Part shown: piece by piece, positions 57,767 through 64,000 of the stretch
How the letters are laid out: every line of letters starts with the position of its first letter
Position numbering within the stretch: position 1 is the first letter of the stretch
Origin: Actinomycetota bacterium
GTDB taxonomy: Bacteria; Actinomycetota; Acidimicrobiia; Acidimicrobiales; Acidimicrobilacustridaceae
Length of the DNA stretch: 64,000 nucleotides
Assembly: GCA_026393455.1 (NCBI GenBank)
Contig: JAPLAE010000097.1
Span: 9,458-73,457, forward strand
Direction: 5' to 3'
Position numbers and translations under genes: made by a program
Notes under the pieces: generated by a model
Databases searched by the model: none
The model's input: only the letters and a program-made list of their open reading frames with translations
Told to the model about the DNA's origin: nothing

Positions 57767-57772
57767 AGGCTA
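57767..57772 (-). promoter_or_regulatory. -10 element (TAGCCT) of probable leaderless rarA promoter
   Basis: GG-TAGCCT 6 nt upstream of the ATG. Confidence 0.55.
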
Positions 57773-57801
57773 CCGGTCGCCTGTGTCGGAACTCCGGAGG
57801 G

Positions 57802-59556
57802 TCAGTCGTTCTTCTTCGTAGGAAGAAGACGCAATCCGAGTTCGTCGAGTTGAGCGGTGTCGATGGGCGTAGGCGCATGCGTAAGTGGATCGGTTCCTGA
57901 CTGTGTCTTCGGGAATGCGATGACCTCACGGATGTTTTCTTCGCCAGCAAGAAGTGCAACAAGGCGATCGATGCCGAAGGCGAAGCCAGCATGAGGCGGT
58001 GCGCCGAATCGGAAGGCGTCGAGCAAGAAGCCGAACTTGCTCTGCTGCTCCTCAGCACCAATACCGAGGAGCTCGAACATGCGGCTCTGGATATCGCCGC
58101 GATGAATTCGCACACTGCCCGAACCAAGTTCCCATCCATTGAGCACAAGGTCATAGGCCTGCGAGCGAACCTTCAACAGATCTTGCGGGTCGCCAGTGTC
58201 GAGCAACGCGACGTCTTCGGCATGCGGCATGGTGAATGGGTGATGCGCAGGCACGGGATTGCCGGCATCGTCGAGTGATTCGAACAACGGGAAGTCGACA
58301 ACCCAAAGGAATTGCAGACCACCTTCGGTAACCGGCGGGCGACCGAGTTCAAGGCGCAGAAGACCAAGAACATGGCAGACCTTCGGACGATCGTCGGCAA
58401 CAAGCAGAAGCAGATCACCGGTCTTTGCTCCAGAGGTTGCAACCAGCCCGGCGAGTTCCTCGGCAGAAAGGAACTTGGCGACGGGTGAATCGAGTTCGCC
58501 CCCATCTTTGACACGCATCCATACAAGACCCTTGGCTCCCCAGCGCTTGGCCTTCTCGGTGAGTTCGTCGAGCTTGGAGCGAGTGAACTCTGCTCCCCCA
58601 TCGACGACAATGCCTTTGACGCAGTCGGCCTTGAAGGCGTTGAACTCCGTTGCCGCGAAGTTCGGCGTGAGTTCGATGAGTTCCATGCCGAAGCGAATAT
58701 CGGGCTTGTCGGAACCAAATCGTTCTTGAGCCTCGTGCCAGGTCATGCGAGGAACATCACCCATCTTTTGACCGGTGACCTCTTCGACCGCAGCCGACAC
58801 GGCAACGGAGATGAACGCGAGAACTTCTTCTTGCGAAACGAAACTGGCTTCGGCATCGAGCTGCATGAATTCGAACTGGCGATCGGCACGAAGGTCCTCG
58901 TCACGAAGACAACGAGCGATTTGGTAGTAACGATCGATGCCGCCAACCATGCACAACTGCTTGAACAACTGCGGACTCTGAGGAAGCGCGTAAAACGATC
59001 CGGGAGACAGACGGCTGGGCACGACAAAGTCACGCGCGCCTTCTGGAGTGGACGCAATCAGCATCGGAGTTTCGATTTCGACGAAACCCTGATTGTCCAT
59101 TGCCCGTCGAAGAGAGGCGTTTACCTTGGCGCGGATTCGAAGATTGCGCTGCATGCGCTCGGTGCGCAGATCGACATAACGGTGCGCAAGGCGAACCATT
59201 TCGTCGACCTCAACACGATCGTTGAGTTGGAACGGCGGCGGCTCAGAGACATTCAGAATCTCGACGCTGCAATCGCCAATTTCGATCTCGCCAGTGGGCA
59301 TGTTCGCGTTGGTCGTGCCGTCGGGTCGCTGGCGAACGGTACCCGTAATGCGAACTACGTATTCCGAACGAAGATCGGCGGCACCATCGACCACGCATTG
59401 CACAAGACCCGTGTGATCACGAAGGTCGATAAAGGCCAGATGTTCGCCGTGCTCACGGCGGCGGGCTACCCACCCACACACTGCGACCTCGCGACCAATG
59501 TCGGAGGCTCGCAGCGTTCCGCAATGGTCGCTGCGCATGGAAACGGGATCAGTCAC
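57802..59556 (-). CDS. aspS: Aspartate--tRNA ligase (probably non-discriminating Asp/Asn type)
   Basis: FIDLRD, STPEGARDF, YALPQSPQLFKQL, RDEDLRADRQ, PPHAGFAFGIDR; GTG at 59556 after a GAAGGA SD. Confidence 0.97.
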   Translation of the reverse strand: MTDPVSMRSDHCGTLRASDIGREVAVCGWVARRREHGEHLAFIDLRDHTGLVQCVVDGAADLRSEYVVRITGTVRQRPDGTTNANMPTGEIEIGDCSVEILNVSEPPPFQLNDRVEVDEMVRLAHRYVDLRTERMQRNLRIRAKVNASLRRAMDNQGFVEIETPMLIASTPEGARDFVVPSRLSPGSFYALPQSPQLFKQLCMVGGIDRYYQIARCLRDEDLRADRQFEFMQLDAEASFVSQEEVLAFISVAVSAAVEEVTGQKMGDVPRMTWHEAQERFGSDKPDIRFGMELIELTPNFAATEFNAFKADCVKGIVVDGGAEFTRSKLDELTEKAKRWGAKGLVWMRVKDGGELDSPVAKFLSAEELAGLVATSGAKTGDLLLLVADDRPKVCHVLGLLRLELGRPPVTEGGLQFLWVVDFPLFESLDDAGNPVPAHHPFTMPHAEDVALLDTGDPQDLLKVRSQAYDLVLNGWELGSGSVRIHRGDIQSRMFELLGIGAEEQQSKFGFLLDAFRFGAPPHAGFAFGIDRLVALLAGEENIREVIAFPKTQSGTDPLTHAPTPIDTAQLDELGLRLLPTKKND

Positions 59557-59572
59557 AGAAGGTCCTTCGGGT

Positions 59573-60862
59573 TCAGGAGAGTCGAGCAGCGAGAACAGTG
59601 GCAGCGGTCGAGCGAGCGACAGCTTCCTGTCCGGTGTCGCCGCGCAGATCACGGATCGTTACGGTGCCGGCCGCTGCTTCGTCGTCACCGATGATGCAGA
59701 CGAATGCGGCGCCGGACTTATCGGCCGATCTCATTTGAGATTTCATGGACCGACCATCGAATGCTCGCTCGGCTCGAATGCCCGCGCGACGAAGTTCGAT
59801 CGTGAGGTCGCGGGCAGCGGTACCGCCCGTTGTGTCGACAACAAATACCTCGGTGGCGCTGGTTGGAATCGGGAAGACTCCCTCGGCATCACAAGTAAGC
59901 AGTACTCGTTCGATGCCAGATCCGAAACCAATGCCAGGCGTGGATGGTCCGCCCAATGCCTCGATGAGTCCGTCGTAACGCCCGCCGCCACCAATAGTGG
60001 ACTGGGCAGCGTCGAGCGCTTCGCCGACAAACTCAAACGTGGTGTGCGTGTAGTAATCGAGACCGCGTACCAAACGAGGTTCAACGGTGAATTCGATGCC
60101 GAGAGCCGTGAGACCTGACTTCACTCGTTCGAATCGCTCAGTGGCTTCGGGCGAGAGTTGATCAGTAATGCGCGGTGCGTCAGAAATCGCTTCAATAGTG
60201 ACAGGTCGCTTCGAATCGAGAACCCGCATTGGGTGGTCGACGACTTTCTCGGCGTCTTTGGGGTCGAGCGTGTCGAGGCGGTTAGTCAGCCATGCCCGCA
60301 CATCTTCGATGTAGCGACGACGATCATCGGCGGTTCCCATTGAATTAATGAGCAGCGTGACCTGCTTGAGCCCAAGCGACGCATAGAAGTCGTGAAGCAT
60401 GGCAATGACTTCAACATCGAGATCGGGATCATCAGAGCCGATTGCTTCAGCGCCAAGCTGGTGATGTTGACGGAAACGCCCGGCCTGCGGACGCTCGTAG
60501 CGAAATGAAGGCGCCGCGTACCAAACCTTCCAAGGCTTTGATTCGCCTTGGGCATGTTGGATCCAGGCTCGAGCGATTGATGCGGTTCCCTCGGGGCGCA
60601 GCGCAATGTGGCGTTCGCCCTTGTCCAGAAAGTCGTACATCTCTTTGCGGACCAGATCGGTGCCCTCGCCGACCCGGGAGAAGACGCCGATTTCTTCGAA
60701 CATCGGGCTCTGCACGAGGCCATATCCGGCCCGAGCAACGTGGGCAGAGAATGCTGCAATCAGGGCTTGCCAGCGCTCGGATTCGGGCGGCAGGACGTCA
60801 CGGGTCCCAGTTGGGGCCTTGAACGGCTCAATGCGCGGTGACGTCGGCTCTGACACGACCAT
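59573..60862 (-). CDS. hisS: Histidine--tRNA ligase
   Basis: GTRD, RKEMY, LRPEGTAS, FRYERPQAGRFRQ, LVRGLDYY, GGGRYDGL; true start may be GTG at 60856. Confidence 0.97.
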   Translation of the reverse strand: MVVSEPTSPRIEPFKAPTGTRDVLPPESERWQALIAAFSAHVARAGYGLVQSPMFEEIGVFSRVGEGTDLVRKEMYDFLDKGERHIALRPEGTASIARAWIQHAQGESKPWKVWYAAPSFRYERPQAGRFRQHHQLGAEAIGSDDPDLDVEVIAMLHDFYASLGLKQVTLLINSMGTADDRRRYIEDVRAWLTNRLDTLDPKDAEKVVDHPMRVLDSKRPVTIEAISDAPRITDQLSPEATERFERVKSGLTALGIEFTVEPRLVRGLDYYTHTTFEFVGEALDAAQSTIGGGGRYDGLIEALGGPSTPGIGFGSGIERVLLTCDAEGVFPIPTSATEVFVVDTTGGTAARDLTIELRRAGIRAERAFDGRSMKSQMRSADKSGAAFVCIIGDDEAAAGTVTIRDLRGDTGQEAVARSTAATVLAARLS

Positions 60863-60948
60863 TGATCCTACCGGGGCCCTGCCCCAAGGACCGAACCACT
60901 TCCTTCAATCAACGCCCCACCACCGAACAACTGCCAGAAGGCTGGTGA

Positions 60949-63207
60949 TCAAGACTGAGGATCGCGCCCATCTTCGCTATCGGAGTCACCCTTGCCGGGA
61001 AGCACTCGATACGCGTCGTAGATGCCATCGATCTTCTTAATCGACCACATCAATGGACTCAGTTGCGAGACATCGCCAAGTTCGAAGTCGAAACGCATAG
61101 AGGAAATTCGGTCGGAACCCGTGATGGTGTTGCACGAAACGATGTTGACGTGATGATCAGCCAATGCTGCCGACACGTCACGCAAAAGACGAGATCGGTC
61201 GAGACCCTTTACTTCGATCGAAGCGATGAAGGTAGCCGAGATGTCGGTATCCCACTCGACATCAATCAGACGATCGGATTGACCATCGGAAAGCGAAAGC
61301 GCATTCGCGCAATCGGAACGGTGCACCGACACGCCGCGACCACGTGTGACAAAGCCCATGATTTCGTCGCCAGGAACCGGCGTGCAACAACGAGACAGCC
61401 GAACCATGACATCGTCGAGGCCTTCGACGTGCACACCCGAGGGACTTGCGCCTACGCGACCCGACCGGCGCGGAGCGCGAACTGTTGTCGGCAGTTGCTC
61501 TTCACGGTCAGGATCGACTGATTCGAGCTTGCGTCGAATCCTCTCGGCAACCGATTGCGCTGATTGATGATTTCCGCCGATTGCCGCATGAAGCGATTCG
61601 AGATCGGTGTAGTTAAGTTCGGTAGCGATTTCATCGAGAATCCGCGACTGGCGGATCTTCTGAACTGGCAGACCTTCACGACGCAAGGCTTTGGTGAGTT
61701 CCTCGTTGCCATTATCGATTTCGTCTTCGCGACGCTCACGCGAATGCCACGCGCGGATCTTGTTCTCGGCCTTGTGCGAGACAACAAAGCGCAGCCAGTC
61801 TTGCGAAGGTCCGCCGCTTTCAACCTTTGACGTGAAGATTTCGATGGAATCGCCGGAATGTAATTCGGTGTCGAGCGACACCAAACGCCCATTGACCCGC
61901 GAACCGATACAGGAGTGGCCGATTTCCGTGTGAATGGCATAAGCGAAATCCACGGTGGTGGCACCTTTGGGCAGTGTGATGACTTTGCCCTTTGGCGTGA
62001 AGACAAATACCTCGTCTTGATCGAGATCGATCTTCAGATTCGCCATGAACTCCGAAGGATCAGAGGTCTCACTTTGCCAATCAACAATGCGGTTGAGCCA
62101 CGCAAGGTCGGCTGTACTTTCGTTGTTGTCCTTGTAGTTCCAATGCGCAGCGACACCGAACTCCGCGCGCCTATGCATTTCCAACGTGCGGATCTGCACT
62201 TCGAGAGGCTTTCCGCCAGGACCAACAACGGTCGTATGCAACGACTGATACAAATTGAACTTGGGCATGGCTACATAATCCTTGAAACGACCCTGCACCG
62301 GTTTCCACGTGGCGTGAATCGAACCGAGAGCGGCGTAACAATCCTTGACGGTGCCGACGATCACTCGAATGGCGACGAGATCGAAGATGTCGTCGAAATC
62401 CCGACCCTTCACCACCATCTTTTCGTAAATACTCCACAGATGCTTTGGTCGACCCGTTACTTCGGCAGTGATGTGGAGTTCGCTGAGTCTGCCGCGCACA
62501 TCTTCGAGAACATTGGTTAGATACACATCGCGTTCGGGTGCACGTGTTGCGACCATGTGGTCGATCTCGGCATAACGCTTGGGGTGCAATGACGCGAAAC
62601 AAAGGTCCTCGAGTTGCTGGCGCAATTCTTGCATGCCGAGTCGGTGAGCAAGCGGTGCGTAAATATCAATTGTTTCCTGCGCAGTGCGATGCTGCTTCCA
62701 CGCTGGCAAGGCCGCAATAGTGCGCATGTTGTGAAGACGGTCAGCGAGTTTGATGATCAGTACCCGGAGATCTTTCGCCATCGCCACGAGCATCTTGCGA
62801 ACGGTTGCCGCTTGCTGAGCCTCTTTGGAATCGAACTTGATGCGATCAAGTTTTGTAACGCCGTCGACGATGCGAGCAACCTCAACACCAAATTCCTTCT
62901 CGACATCGAAAAGAGTGGCACCGGTATCTTCGACAGCATCGTGAAGAAGCGCAGCAGCGATGGTGATGTCATCGAGACCAAGTTCGGCACAGATCTTTGC
63001 AACCGCTACAGGATGTGTCACATACGGTTCGCCAGATTTGCGAGATTGGCCCTTATGCGCCGAAGCAGCGCGGTCGTACGCTTTCGTAATCAGCGCTGCT
63101 GAAGAACGCGGATGATGAGACTGAAAAATCTCGACGAGCGGGGCGACCTCTTCGGATGGCGGGGCGGCGTTACGACGCCACGGCAGCACACGATTGACGG
63201 TCGCCAT
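60949..63207 (-). CDS. relA: Bifunctional (p)ppGpp synthetase/hydrolase (long RSH)
   Basis: RKSGEPYVTHP, LHDAVED, IKLADRLHNMRT, RFKDY, YQSLHT, TGS (VFTPKG), CC...C and ACT domains. Confidence 0.97.
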   Translation of the reverse strand: MATVNRVLPWRRNAAPPSEEVAPLVEIFQSHHPRSSAALITKAYDRAASAHKGQSRKSGEPYVTHPVAVAKICAELGLDDITIAAALLHDAVEDTGATLFDVEKEFGVEVARIVDGVTKLDRIKFDSKEAQQAATVRKMLVAMAKDLRVLIIKLADRLHNMRTIAALPAWKQHRTAQETIDIYAPLAHRLGMQELRQQLEDLCFASLHPKRYAEIDHMVATRAPERDVYLTNVLEDVRGRLSELHITAEVTGRPKHLWSIYEKMVVKGRDFDDIFDLVAIRVIVGTVKDCYAALGSIHATWKPVQGRFKDYVAMPKFNLYQSLHTTVVGPGGKPLEVQIRTLEMHRRAEFGVAAHWNYKDNNESTADLAWLNRIVDWQSETSDPSEFMANLKIDLDQDEVFVFTPKGKVITLPKGATTVDFAYAIHTEIGHSCIGSRVNGRLVSLDTELHSGDSIEIFTSKVESGGPSQDWLRFVVSHKAENKIRAWHSRERREDEIDNGNEELTKALRREGLPVQKIRQSRILDEIATELNYTDLESLHAAIGGNHQSAQSVAERIRRKLESVDPDREEQLPTTVRAPRRSGRVGASPSGVHVEGLDDVMVRLSRCCTPVPGDEIMGFVTRGRGVSVHRSDCANALSLSDGQSDRLIDVEWDTDISATFIASIEVKGLDRSRLLRDVSAALADHHVNIVSCNTITGSDRISSMRFDFELGDVSQLSPLMWSIKKIDGIYDAYRVLPGKGDSDSEDGRDPQS

Positions 63208-63319
63208 AACTCAGCCTCCGGCCTGCACACGACCAGGTGGACATACCCCGGTAGCAGCTCGAAAGGGAGTCTTCATGACTCCACGGTACAGGGGACGAAC
63301 CCCTGCACCGACGCATCGA

Positions 63320-64000
63320 TCAGCGTTTGCGTTGGTTTTTGCGCGGCCGCGGCGGGATGATGCCTGATGGCGTGGAGTTCGTGCTGAGAGCAGTAGCTCC
63401 AGCCGCAGTCGCCGAGGCAGTCGATGGTGCGTCGATCGCCGGAGCACCAGAGGTGACGCCAAGAAGGTCGACTCGAGCCGAAGCATGAGCGACATCGACG
63501 CCCTGAGACTGCAGGCGTTCGCGGATGACCTTGAACTTCGACTGATGTTCCTTGAGCCACACAAGGATTGGAGCCGCCACAAAGATCGACGAATAGGCGC
63601 CAGCGAGAAGGCCGACAGTCAGAGCAATAGCAAACTCCTCGAGGGTGACCGCTCCCATGATTCCGGCACCGACAACGAGCAGCGCAACGACCGGAAGCAG
63701 CGAGACAACCGTCGTATTGATCGAGCGGAGCAGCACCTGGTTCATCGACAGTGAAGTCATCTGACCGTAGGTGAGGCGACCAGACTGGCCAACAAGTCGC
63801 TCGTTTTCTCTGATCTTGTCGTCGACCACGATGGTGTCGTAAATCGAATACCCCAAGATGGTGAGGAACGCGATCACCGTGCCCGGCGTTACTTCAAACT
63901 GGAAAACCGAATAGGCGCCGACGCTGATGAGCACATCGTGAAACACAGCGACAAGTGCGGCCACGGCCATTCGCCATTCCAGGCGGATGGTCAAATAGAT
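63320..64000 (-). CDS. secF: Protein translocase subunit SecF (5' end beyond window edge)
   Basis: FHDV, LTILGYSIYDTIVVDDKIRE, RSINT, GAYSSIFVAAP. Confidence 0.95.
   Translation of the reverse strand: MYLTIRLEWRMAVAALVAVFHDVLISVGAYSVFQFEVTPGTVIAFLTILGYSIYDTIVVDDKIRENERLVGQSGRLTYGQMTSLSMNQVLLRSINTTVVSLLPVVALLVVGAGIMGAVTLEEFAIALTVGLLAGAYSSIFVAAPILVWLKEHQSKFKVIRERLQSQGVDVAHASARVDLLGVTSGAPAIDAPSTASATAAGATALSTNSTPSGIIPPRPRKNQRKR

Noticed and set aside
481-63754. Many plus-strand and alternative-frame ORFs of 60-350 aa (e.g. 13357-14283, 55654-56694, 58726-59694)
   Set aside because: They are shadows of well-supported minus-strand genes in GC-rich DNA with few stop codons, and have no recognisable motifs
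1-64000. Frequent CGATCG/TCGA words as a HIP1-like repeat
   Set aside because: Cannot be told apart from codon-usage effects without a Markov-model enrichment test

Overview
High-GC bacterial chromosomal window, most likely Actinomycetota and probably Acidimicrobiia. This is inferred from mIHF, a helicase-degenerate PriA and actinobacterial gene order, not from a database search. Almost all genes are on the minus strand. They form the conserved housekeeping block secF-relA-hisS-aspS-rarA-DUF948-small protein ... alaS-ruvX-mltG-aroE-prepilin peptidase-aroC-aroK-aroB-aroQ-pepP-efp-nusB-pyrRBC-carAB-pyrDF-mihF-gmk-rpoZ-coaBC-metK-priA, converging on a TrmH-family methyltransferase at the left edge. 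A ~29 kb accessory insertion interrupts the block just before alaS. It holds one giant gene (26889-55494, ~9,535 aa once a single frameshift near 54565 is repaired) and a small membrane-protein gene. The giant protein has a signal peptide, 90 hand-counted fibronectin type III repeats, two LamG/ConA-like domains (tip and midpoint) and an LPYTG sortase anchor. Its distal repeats carry cysteine-closed, sometimes Tyr-rich variable loops, while proximal repeats carry Asp-box hairpins. Other notable signals: a PyrR-binding RNA that covers the pyrR ribosome-binding site, followed by an intrinsic terminator inside the probable pyrR coding region; an apparent ~44-nt deletion in carB; and recurring leaderless-type promoters. 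No rRNA, tRNA, CRISPR array or mobile element was seen.
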